From Elainellaceae cyanobacterium (lineage in GTDB: Bacteria; Cyanobacteriota; Cyanobacteriia; CAZCXK01), in assembly GCA_051117555.1 (NCBI GenBank), contig JBNPEG010000002.1:1-64000 (forward strand): a DNA stretch of 64,000 nt, written 5' to 3'. The position numbers and the translations under genes were made by a program. Positions within the stretch are counted from its first letter, which is position 1, and the number at the start of each line of letters is the position of its first letter. The notes under the pieces are model-generated. The model saw only the letters and a program-made list of their open reading frames with translations. It was not told where the DNA came from and made no database searches. Positions 1-8,824 of this stretch are shown here, in pieces.

Positions 1-6
1 GGCTTG

Positions 7-187
7 AGGTTGGGTTCGGAGTCCTCCCCTCAGCGATATGCTTTTAGGATAAATCCGAGGGGCGTACCGCTTATATACAAGGTTGGGTTGAGGCACGAAA
101 CCCAACATCCATAGGCTTTAGCCAACTGGGCAATCCCTACTCACAAGTAATAGAGGATAGCGGTAGGGCTGGCAGTGCCCACCCTAC
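7..187. repeat. Cluster of REP-like palindromes and a small inserted element
   Basis: GGTTGGGTTGAGGCACGAAACCCAAC hairpin (81-106) and GTAGGG..CCCTAC hairpin (163-187). AGGTTGGGTT occurs at 7-16 and 80-89, flanking a 63-nt segment with a CCCCTC/GAGGGG stem. Confidence 0.6.
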
Positions 188-215
188 TGAATAAGAGATG
201 TTGAGTAGTTGAGGG

Positions 216-274
216 GCGTTGGCGCTAGCGTAGCCATGCCCGAAAGGGCTATAGTCTCTCTGTCGGAGAATCGC
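216..274. mobile_element. Small dispersed repeat(s) splitting a HIP1 site
   Basis: GCG (216-218) + 51-nt insert + ATCGC (270-274). The insert contains a GCCC-GAAA-GGGC hairpin and a short CTC/GAG stem. Confidence 0.45.
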
Positions 275-548
275 TCGGGAATGCATATCTAATGCATATC
301 TTTGGAGAAGACATTACTGATTGGGGAAATGAATTTGGAGGGGCAACGCCAACTGCATCCTTAATGGGTGTTTATAGTGCGATCGCCAGCTAGCCCTTAC
401 ATGCATCGACGGACTCACCAATCTGTAGCAATCATTGACAATAGCGTAATGACTTGAAATTAGAATCTTTCGCGCTGTCTAAATCCCTAATCTCAAAACC
501 CTTGCTATCCTGAAAGGGAACGTTCTGCTTGGATTGCCGCTTACGCTC

Positions 549-1742
549 ATGTCAGACCAACCCGATCGAATTTGTATTCTGGGTGGTGGCTTTGCGGGTC
601 TTTATACCGCATTAAACCTTAGCCAACTGCCTTGGCAACTGCCCAATAAGCCAGACATCGTGCTCATCGATCAGCGCGATCGCTTCCTATTTTCTCCGTT
701 TCTCTACGAACTCTTGACCGGAGAATTGCAAACGTGGGAAATTGCGCCTCCCTTTGTAGAACTTTTGGCAAATACCAATGTCCGGTTTCAGCAAGCAGCG
801 GTAGCAGGAATTAATCTCGACGAGCAAACCGTCTATCTGCACGACTCGCCGGAGTTGTCATATACGCAGCTCGGTCTGGCATTGGGGGGCGAAACCCCGG
901 TTGATATTGTGCCTGGAGCCGATCAGCATGCCATTCCATTTCGGACGATTCCGGATGCGTATCGATTAGAAGAAACCTTAAAATCGCTCGAACGATCCGA
1001 TGTCGATAAGATTCGTGTCGCGATTGTTGGTGGAGGCTATAGCGGCGTCGAGCTTGCCTGCAAGCTCGCAGAACGTCTGGGCGATCGCGGTCGGCTGAGA
1101 CTCATCGACCGGGGAGAGCAAATTCTAAAAACGTCTCCCGAATTTAATCGGGAAACGGCAACCAAAGCACTGAGTGAACGAGGCGTGTGGATTGATTTAG
1201 AAACTCAAGTCACCGAAATTCGAGCCAACTCGATCTCACTGGAGTATAAAGGTCAGGTTGATGAGATTCCGGTTGATGTTGTGCTGTGGACGGTTGGAAC
1301 GAAAGTTGCAGATGTCATTCAAACGTTGCCATTGAAAAAGAATGACCAGGATCAGATTGTGGTAACGCCTACGCTCCAAGCCGTAGATCATCCTGAAATC
1401 TTTGCATTGGGAGATTTGGCAGACTGCCGAGATGTATCCGGACAACGTGTTCCCGCCACAGCTCAGGCTGCGTTTCAGCAAGCTCAGTATGCCTCTTGGA
1501 ATATTTGGGCATCGGTTACAGGGCGGCCATTATTGCCATTTCGATATCAAAACCTAGGCGAAATGATGACCCTAGGCATGGATAATGCAACACTCACGGG
1601 GCTGGGCATAAAATTAGACGGTCCAATGGCGCATATTGCCCGACGATTGGCATATCTATATCGAATGCCGACGTTCGATCACCAAATTCGCGTCGGGCTA
1701 AACTGGATCGCGAAACCTGTGCGTGAGTTGCTCTCTCCATGA
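549..1742 (+). CDS. ndbB: Type II NAD(P)H dehydrogenase family FAD oxidoreductase (NdbB/NDC1-like)
   Basis: Two Rossmann motifs (GGGFAG, GGGYSG), FALGD, ATAQAAFQQA. ATG at 549 preferred over TTG at 534. Confidence 0.8.
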   Translation: MSDQPDRICILGGGFAGLYTALNLSQLPWQLPNKPDIVLIDQRDRFLFSPFLYELLTGELQTWEIAPPFVELLANTNVRFQQAAVAGINLDEQTVYLHDSPELSYTQLGLALGGETPVDIVPGADQHAIPFRTIPDAYRLEETLKSLERSDVDKIRVAIVGGGYSGVELACKLAERLGDRGRLRLIDRGEQILKTSPEFNRETATKALSERGVWIDLETQVTEIRANSISLEYKGQVDEIPVDVVLWTVGTKVADVIQTLPLKKNDQDQIVVTPTLQAVDHPEIFALGDLADCRDVSGQRVPATAQAAFQQAQYASWNIWASVTGRPLLPFRYQNLGEMMTLGMDNATLTGLGIKLDGPMAHIARRLAYLYRMPTFDHQIRVGLNWIAKPVRELLSP

Positions 1743-2398
1743 AGTCGTCGCATCATCGCCCCAAAGTTATTTTGCTCGACGCCGTTGGAACGTTGTTCGG
1801 AGTCCAGGGTAGTGTCGGACAGATTTATCACACCATTGCGAAAGAGTTTGGCGTGGATGCCGATGCTCAAGCGTTAAACCAAGCGTTTTTTAGAAGTTTT
1901 CGGGATGCGCCACCGCTAGCTTTTCCGGGCGTTGATCCTACAGAGATTCCGCAGCGCGAGTTTGAGTGGTGGGAGGCGATCGCCCGTGAAACATTTGAAC
2001 AGGTCGGTGTTCTTGATCAATTCGCCCATTTTTCAGAATTTTTCAGCGCCCTCTATGCCCACTTTGCAACCGCAAGCCCTTGGTTTGTGTATCCTGAAAC
2101 TCGCTATGTGTTGGCTGATTGGCGCAGCAAGGGCATTGAGTTAGGCGTGCTATCTAATTTCGACTCCCGCATTCATGCCGTATTGGAGTCATTAAAATTA
2201 TCTAATCTTCTATCATCCGTGACGATTTCGAGTGAGGTTGGAGTCGCCAAACCTGATCCGAAAGCATTTGAAATGGCGCTCAAGAAGCACGATTGTTCTC
2301 CGCGGCATGCTTGGCACGTGGGAGACAGTTTTCGAGAAGATTACGAAGGCGCAAAGGCGGCTGGTTTGAGAGCAATTTGGCTGAGACGGAAAGGGTAA
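1739..2398 (+). CDS. HAD-IA family hydrolase
   Basis: LLDAVGTL motif I, SNFD, KPDP, HVGDS...DYEGA motif IV; 4-nt overlap with the upstream gene. Confidence 0.9.
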   Translation: MKSSHHRPKVILLDAVGTLFGVQGSVGQIYHTIAKEFGVDADAQALNQAFFRSFRDAPPLAFPGVDPTEIPQREFEWWEAIARETFEQVGVLDQFAHFSEFFSALYAHFATASPWFVYPETRYVLADWRSKGIELGVLSNFDSRIHAVLESLKLSNLLSSVTISSEVGVAKPDPKAFEMALKKHDCSPRHAWHVGDSFREDYEGAKAAGLRAIWLRRKG

Positions 2399-2649
2399 TC
2401 TATGTCATAATGCGTGGCGTTTGCAAACCGCTGCTTTACTGGCACCCTCTGCCTGCGCCCATTCTCTTTGTCAGCTTCTCAGAAAACTCGTTCAGGATCT
2501 CTCCAAAAGGCACAGCAATTTCCAGTTGCGTCAAGTACGATGGCAATTGTGGCATCTATGACAACTGACGTGCCATCACGCCTGCTACCGTATTGGAGGA
2601 GTGTCCAAAACGATAGATATGCTACACTCTGACTCTTCTGGGAGCGGCA

Positions 2650-4062
2650 ATGAACGTCGATGCTTACGATCCACAAGGTCTTTACGACGAGTATTTTATC
2701 TCTGCGGGAGTCCCCCGGCCTGAAGTAGAGCCGATTCTGCGATGGTTTCAACAGCTACCGTCTCGGGATATGCCTCAGATCAAAGCCGCCACTGAAGCAG
2801 TGCTCGATGAATTGGGCGCAACCTTCAGCTTCGAGGGCGAAGAGCGAGTGCTGCCCTTCGATCCAATTCCGAGGGTGATTACTGCAAAGGAGTGGGAAAA
2901 GCTTACGGCTGACCTCAAGCAGCGGATAACGGCGCTAAATTTATTTTGCGCAGACGTGTATGGCAATCAGCGAATTTTGCGAGATGGGGTGATTCCGCGC
3001 GAGATTGTCGAGTCGGCGGTCAGGTTTCGCCCCGACTGCATTGGCATGAAGCCACCCAAAAACATCTGGTGCCACATCAGCGGTATTGATTTAGTGCGCG
3101 ATCGCAACGGCGACTGGTGCGTGCTTGAAGATAATCTGCGGGTGCCGTCTGGAATTGCCTATGTATTAAAGAACCGGCTGGCAATGGAGCGGGTATTGCC
3201 TCAACTGGTAGAGACGTTTAATCCACAACCTGTAGACGGCTATGCCCGGCAGCTTAAGATCGTTCTAGAAACCATCGCACCAGCAGCTAGTACTATGGTG
3301 CTCCTGACTCCAGGTCCTCATAGCTCTGCCTATTTCGAGCACGTCCTGTTGGCTGACCAGATGGGCATTGCCCTAGTGACCATTGAAGACCTAGTGGTTT
3401 CAGACGACTATTTGCACTACCGCACCGATCAGGGGCTCCAACAAATCGACGTCGTCTATCGGCGTGACGATACCGAACTGCTGAATGACCTTGATGTAGG
3501 CGATCGCTATGCCAACGGCGTAGCGGCCATCATCGAGATGTGTCGGCAGGGAAGACTTGCCTTTGTCAATGCCATTGGCGCTGGAATCGGTGACGATAAG
3601 GTGATCTATGCCTATGTGCCGGAGATGATTCGGTTCTACTTGAACGAAGAACCCATGCGGCCTAATGTGCCTACCTACCTATGCTGGCGCGACAGCGATC
3701 GCGACTATGTCCTCGATCATCTAGACGAGCTTGTCGTCAAATCAGCCAGCTCTGAAGGGGGAGACGACATGCTGATGGGTATCCATGCCACAGCCCAGGA
3801 ACGAGAAACCTTTGCTGACAAGATTCGCCAAAAACCGAGAGGTTACATGGCTCAACCCACGGTTCATCTCTCACAGATTCCGACCGTGATTGGCGAGGCC
3901 ATCGAGGGTCGTCACACTGACCTGCGACCCTACGTATTACATCAAGGGGATGACATCTACGTCCACCCGGGTGGGCTCACGCGGGTGGCGCTAGAGGCGG
4001 GTAAGCTAGTGGTCAATTCTTCTCAGGGCGGCGGTTCTAAAGATACCTGGGTCTTGTCCTAA
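2650..4062 (+). CDS. Circularly permuted type 2 ATP-grasp protein
   Basis: PFDPIPRVI, GIDLVRD...VLEDNLRVPSG, DLRPYV, PGGLTRVAL, VVNSSQGGGSKDTWV. Confidence 0.9.
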   Translation: MNVDAYDPQGLYDEYFISAGVPRPEVEPILRWFQQLPSRDMPQIKAATEAVLDELGATFSFEGEERVLPFDPIPRVITAKEWEKLTADLKQRITALNLFCADVYGNQRILRDGVIPREIVESAVRFRPDCIGMKPPKNIWCHISGIDLVRDRNGDWCVLEDNLRVPSGIAYVLKNRLAMERVLPQLVETFNPQPVDGYARQLKIVLETIAPAASTMVLLTPGPHSSAYFEHVLLADQMGIALVTIEDLVVSDDYLHYRTDQGLQQIDVVYRRDDTELLNDLDVGDRYANGVAAIIEMCRQGRLAFVNAIGAGIGDDKVIYAYVPEMIRFYLNEEPMRPNVPTYLCWRDSDRDYVLDHLDELVVKSASSEGGDDMLMGIHATAQERETFADKIRQKPRGYMAQPTVHLSQIPTVIGEAIEGRHTDLRPYVLHQGDDIYVHPGGLTRVALEAGKLVVNSSQGGGSKDTWVLS

Positions 4063-4176
4063 CGGGAGTATTCCACATTCAACTCGATACGGGCGATCGC
4101 CATTGCAACCTTATAGTTAGAGCATAGTTAGAGCCGTATGATGGCTAATCTTTAGCTCAACGCAGATTGATTGAAA

Positions 4177-4503
4177 CTACATGCGCGTAAGAGCAGCTAT
4201 TTTCGCCAGTTTTTCGGTCTTAAGACCTTGCAATTCATCCAGACTTAGCCATCCTTCCTTGACCAGCCCAGCAAATACAAAGATTAGAACAGAGTATCGA
4301 TAGTCATATTTACCATCGAGCTCATGCCGTCTTGCACTTAGAAAATCATGTAAATCCCACAAATCATCAAGTTCTGAAATGCTACTAGCACGTTGTCGAA
4401 CAGACTGCACTAACGTACTTGTCTCTCGCTGATAGGCTCTCTCAAAGGCTTCATGTGCAACTTTTTTCTCTACCTTTGACCAATCCGTGTCGCTCACCTG
4501 CAT
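4177..4503 (-). CDS. frp: Fluorescence recovery protein (FRP)
   Basis: LWDLHDFLSARRHELDGKYDYRYSVLIFVFA signature; lies downstream of ocp. Confidence 0.93.
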   Translation of the reverse strand: MQVSDTDWSKVEKKVAHEAFERAYQRETSTLVQSVRQRASSISELDDLWDLHDFLSARRHELDGKYDYRYSVLIFVFAGLVKEGWLSLDELQGLKTEKLAKIAALTRM

Positions 4504-4662
4504 GGCTCAACCTAAACTCCATGTGTTTTCAATTGCACTATTGAATGGCAATCTGCCATATCTTGCCCCTGATTTAACTTCGCATTGCCAAATCGACTTC
4601 GACGAAGGAAGCTGCCTCAGCAAGATTAAAGTGATGTTAAGTTATGATAACTATTTTAATAT

Positions 4663-4694
4663 AAAAAAATAGCGCTCTCGAATCAAGAGCGCTA
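4663..4694 (-). terminator. Intrinsic terminator between ocp and frp
   Basis: 9-bp stem TAGCGCTCT/AGAGCGCTA followed on the minus strand by a T7 run. Confidence 0.65.
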
Positions 4695-4859
4695 ATCAAC
4701 AAATTAATGATGTTGCTGAATACAGATGTGATTCATTGACAGGCATTCCTGTAGAGGGGACAGTTCGCGTTCATCCTGAGTATCTCCAAGTAGAGACACT
4801 GCCCCCACAAATTTCATCCATCAAATCAGCAACGCCGAATTAATGATGACGATTGACTA

Positions 4860-5819
4860 TTATCGAACCAAATTTAGTAGCTCCTTAGGAGAGGCTAACA
4901 AGTCGATCGCCACAAAAAAGATTTTGCCATCAGGATTTAGCAAAAATCTCCAGGCGATATTCATACCGACCCCTGCGCCAAACCAAGCGGTTTGTACCTT
5001 GCCCGTCACCTTAACTTGGGTATATCCATCATCGGTAGGCTCGGAAACCCCTCGTTCTGGATCTAACTTAAGATTTTGACATTCTTCCTTAAAGAAGCGC
5101 AAAATAGCGTCTTTACCGACGATGGGGCGTTGGAATGGAGGCTGCAATCCGCTATCAGGAGTAAAGAGTTCAATCAGCGCGTCAAAGTCATTCGCATTCA
5201 TATTGTTCATGTAACTCAGCACCGTAGGATTGGTGACGCCCTCAATGGTGACTTGAGTTCGCTGTGACATGTCCTGAGGCGGAACAACAGGTTCAGAAAC
5301 TCGACTAAAGTTATCCAACTTGTTGGGGTCAAACCCCATATCTACTACAGCATTCCGCAACACCGTAATTTGCTGACCTGGCTCTAGCTTTTCGATCGCC
5401 AACAGCACAGCAGAGGCGTTTGCCGAAAGCTTGTACCCTTCTGGAATAGGAGCAACAATCCCCTGCTCCATCAATCTTCCCAATTCATACCAAAAGCCAA
5501 GCTTGATATTTGGAGACCACATTGCATACGTTCGACAAATGGGTGTGTCAGCACAATTTGCTAAGTCACACATTGCTTGGGATTGCTCTTGGAAACTCAT
5601 TTTCCGAATTTCGTTGAGTGTTGCTTCTGCAAATTGCATACTTGCAGCACCCGGAGCCGCGACGGTGATTGCTCTGCCCATTTCGAGATATGCGAACCAG
5701 ATGAGCGCCAGTTGATCCTCAGCATTGAGCTGACTGAATCTGGCAATTGTCGCTGGTACAGCATCCGCAGCAAGGGTTTCTGGAAAAATGCCGCGGGCTG
5801 ACTCGATTGTAAATGGCAT
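4860..5819 (-). CDS. ocp: Orange carotenoid protein (OCP1 type)
   Basis: MPFTIESARGIFPETLAAD N-terminus, DQLALIWFAY, NTF2-like C-terminal domain ending IDLLASPKELLNL; 319 aa; frp adjacent. Confidence 0.97.
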   Translation of the reverse strand: MPFTIESARGIFPETLAADAVPATIARFSQLNAEDQLALIWFAYLEMGRAITVAAPGAASMQFAEATLNEIRKMSFQEQSQAMCDLANCADTPICRTYAMWSPNIKLGFWYELGRLMEQGIVAPIPEGYKLSANASAVLLAIEKLEPGQQITVLRNAVVDMGFDPNKLDNFSRVSEPVVPPQDMSQRTQVTIEGVTNPTVLSYMNNMNANDFDALIELFTPDSGLQPPFQRPIVGKDAILRFFKEECQNLKLDPERGVSEPTDDGYTQVKVTGKVQTAWFGAGVGMNIAWRFLLNPDGKIFFVAIDLLASPKELLNLVR

Positions 5820-6294
5820 AGGCGTTACTCTACTTAACTCTGCTTAACTTTTCACAAGAATCTCAAATCCCTTGAATGAGAGTATTTGAGTATTCATTTC
5901 TCTGAACACAATCTCTGAATACAAGGAGATTATCTCACAAAATGTTAAGAAAGTTAAATTTATATTGCAAAATTAAGCAGATGCAGTCACGTAGCGATCA
6001 GCATTTGTCATTCTGCGAGCAGGGAGGCACGGTACAGAGGCAATCTTAAAAAAATGCACCTCACAGTAGATGCGTAACCAAAATCTTTTCGCATATTGTC
6101 AATAGTGTCAGCGACAGCATACATTTCTAATGGCAACGCACCTAAAGCATTTGATGCCGGTAGTTTTGGTTGGTCTGTGTCGCAGTGCTTATGGGTAATA
6201 CGGTAAACATCCTAAAGTTTATACCTCAAGAACTTTGCTGATTTGACTGGTTGAGTTGCTATTGAGATGACTTAGCGAAATATTGGAGGTTCAT

Positions 6295-7152
6295 ATGCCA
6301 ATTGCATTACGCGAAGACGTTACATATATTCTTTTGAAGAAGATCGGTGCAGGCGATCAGAAGACAGACGGAAAGCACGAAATCAGTGTGACGGCTGAAG
6401 ATGTAGCGGGGCGAGAGGTTAGCAAGTCCGATTTACTAGGGCATTTGGATTACCTCAACCAAAAGGAATACATCAATGCCGAATTTTCAGGTAATGCCTA
6501 TGCAAGACAGGAAGATGTTCCTGATTTGGTCAATCCTGATGAGGTAAATGTGCGAATTGCCAATACGCTGGGCGCACCCGATGGCCCTCTGCCTCACTTA
6601 ATTGCCTTCGAAAAGGCAGAACTGACTGAGAAGGGACGCAGAATGCTGGAGAAAATGGAGGACAATCCTCCAGAATCCTTAAGAAGCGGCCCCTCTGTGC
6701 CTATTGCAAAAGAAAATATGCCTTTTCTAGAAAAGATTGTCCTGAAAGGGCAGTTAGAAGATATTTTCGACGCCAGAGATATTTCCGAGGTTATCTTTAG
6801 AACGTTGCGCGACATGATGACCACGGATGCATCAGAGCGAGTTGAAAGTGAACTTCACGAAGAAGCGGTGCCCACGGATGATAAGGCACTCCAAAACGAG
6901 GTTGCCGAACTCTGGCGAGATACCAATCCAATCGTCAGATTTTTGAGCCGAGTTCGTCCTCCTTTAAAGATTGACTCTGACACATTTCTATTTCGGATTC
7001 GCCAAGAAGCGGGTTTGCCAAGGAGTACGACTCCTGAGCAAGCAATTATGGCAGTCTTTTCCGCAACCAAAGATGAGTTGTCTCAAGACCGAGTTCAAGA
7101 GGTCGCTTCCTTTTTACCTGATAAGATTCGCGACATGTGGATGCAGGCGTAG
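6295..7152 (+). CDS. DUF2267-domain protein with an uncharacterised N-terminal domain
   Basis: C-terminal DIFDARDISEVIFRTLRD...AVFSATKDELSQDRVQEVASFLP; GGAGG RBS before ATG 6295. Confidence 0.7.
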   Translation: MPIALREDVTYILLKKIGAGDQKTDGKHEISVTAEDVAGREVSKSDLLGHLDYLNQKEYINAEFSGNAYARQEDVPDLVNPDEVNVRIANTLGAPDGPLPHLIAFEKAELTEKGRRMLEKMEDNPPESLRSGPSVPIAKENMPFLEKIVLKGQLEDIFDARDISEVIFRTLRDMMTTDASERVESELHEEAVPTDDKALQNEVAELWRDTNPIVRFLSRVRPPLKIDSDTFLFRIRQEAGLPRSTTPEQAIMAVFSATKDELSQDRVQEVASFLPDKIRDMWMQA

Positions 7153-7353
7153 TAGCACGACGTGCCAGATTATCAGGTATTGACTTAGATTAACTTGATA
7201 TTCTTGATTCGACGTCAAGCTACTTTATGCGATCGCCACCTATTTATTTCAATGGCGATCGCATTTGATTAGCACCTATTCCTGCTCGGATGGGAGTTGA
7301 ACAGGATAGATGTTCTACTTGCGTCCGTTGTTCAGCCATATCTACCCGTACCA

Positions 7354-7947
7354 CTATTGGGTAAACAGATAAATAGGCTGATCGGGCTCAACCACGACGA
7401 CTCGATCGGCTGTAATGTTGCCGGTTGCTGCGCCTGCTGCTGCACCACCGATAACCTCACCAGCATCAATTTCGCCTGTGATTTCACCTAAGATCGCACC
7501 CCCCAGTGCGCCGATACCTGCGTCCTCAGCGATTGAACCTGCTGAAATATCACGGGGATCTTTCTCGTCTTCGAGAACCCGCGACGTTGCATAAATGTTG
7601 TAGGAGCGATCGCCAATGATGACCGAACGAGCAACATACCGTAATCCGCCTTCTGCGGGCTCATACCGACCTTGAATCACGGCGCCAGGAGGAACATAGA
7701 TGCCGTTGATTCGGGTATCATCTTCCACTTCTAAGTTGTAGGAGTAGATTCGATCATTATTGAGATACAGCGTTCCATTCTGAGCACTCGTTGTCTGAAT
7801 GGCACTTGATTGAGCAACATGAACTGCTGGACTGCGCGTGGCGATCGCTTCGCCAGGCAGTGCGATCGCACCAACCAATACTGCGGAGCCAGCCGCAACC
7901 GCTGCAACTAAAGGTTTTGACACGTGTTTGTGAAAAAGAAAATTCAT
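7354..7947 (-). CDS. Secreted hypothetical protein with a glycine-zipper C-terminus
   Basis: Signal-peptide-like N-terminus; GIGALGGAILG...VIGGAAAGAA. Confidence 0.7.
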   Translation of the reverse strand: MNFLFHKHVSKPLVAAVAAGSAVLVGAIALPGEAIATRSPAVHVAQSSAIQTTSAQNGTLYLNNDRIYSYNLEVEDDTRINGIYVPPGAVIQGRYEPAEGGLRYVARSVIIGDRSYNIYATSRVLEDEKDPRDISAGSIAEDAGIGALGGAILGEITGEIDAGEVIGGAAAGAATGNITADRVVVVEPDQPIYLFTQ

Positions 7948-8137
7948 AGAGATAAACCACCATTGGTCTTCCATCTCATTTTGAAATAAGCACAGCATTT
8001 CTATCATCCATTTTCTGATAGAAATTGATTATTCCTATTGACTAGATTTTGGGATAGAAATTATTCCTAATGGATTATCAACAAATACTGATAACGTAGT
8101 CATTTCGGGAGCATCCCCCGCAAATTTATCCATGTTT

Positions 8138-8208
8138 GTAGTGCGGGCATCTTGCCCGCTTCTCCTGATGGAGAGGCGTTGCCAACGCGGGCAAGATGCC
8201 CGCACTCC
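8138..8208. repeat. GTAG-type REP doublet
   Basis: GTAGTGCGGGCATCTTGCCCGC and an inverted copy GCGGGCAAGATGCCCGCACT. Confidence 0.75.
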
Positions 8209-8225
8209 CTTGTCATAAGGGATTT

Positions 8226-8550
8226 AGGATTGCAATCGTTATGGATTGCCATCGTTACGGATTGCCATCGCTCAACATAGGATTGTCGCTCTTGCAGAAG
8301 GATTGTTATGGTTCAACATAGGATTGCAATCCTTACAGAAGGATTGTTATCGACAAACATGCCATTGTTGTCGACAAACATGCCATTGTCATAGAGCAAC
8401 ATCAAATGATCAGGGCTCGACATATGAATGTAATCGATGATCATTGAATTGCGATCGCTCACATGATGATGATGGACTCCACAGAGGCATTGCGATCGCT
8501 CACAGTTACGTTGTGGACTCTACAGGGGCACTGCGATCGCTCAACTTGCG
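8226..8550. repeat. Degenerate tandem array with 16-21 nt period
   Basis: Recurring GGATTG / CCATTG...CAACAT units; related sequence at 54150-54310. Confidence 0.6.
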
Positions 8551-8588
8551 AACAGCCGCCAGTATTGTTAGGTTTGTCAATCAATCAG

Positions 8589-8680
8589 GCTCATAGCTCA
8601 TAGCTCATAGCTGAACACTGAGAGCTGATAGCTAGTTACCGAACGCCAATCCCCAATCCCCAATCCCCAATCCCCAATCC
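8589..8680. repeat. Heptameric short tandem repeats (STRR)
   Basis: (GCTCATA)3 and (CCCCAAT)4. Confidence 0.8.
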
Positions 8681-8824
8681 TGCTTTTATTTGCTGCTACT
8701 AAACATTTGATTTGTGAGAATTAAGGTTGAGAAGTCCTAATTCTCTTAAATTTACCCGTCAACTTGTACTGTCTGATTGACGTAGCAAGTATCTACCGAA
8801 CGATGTCGCTTACCCATACTTGCA

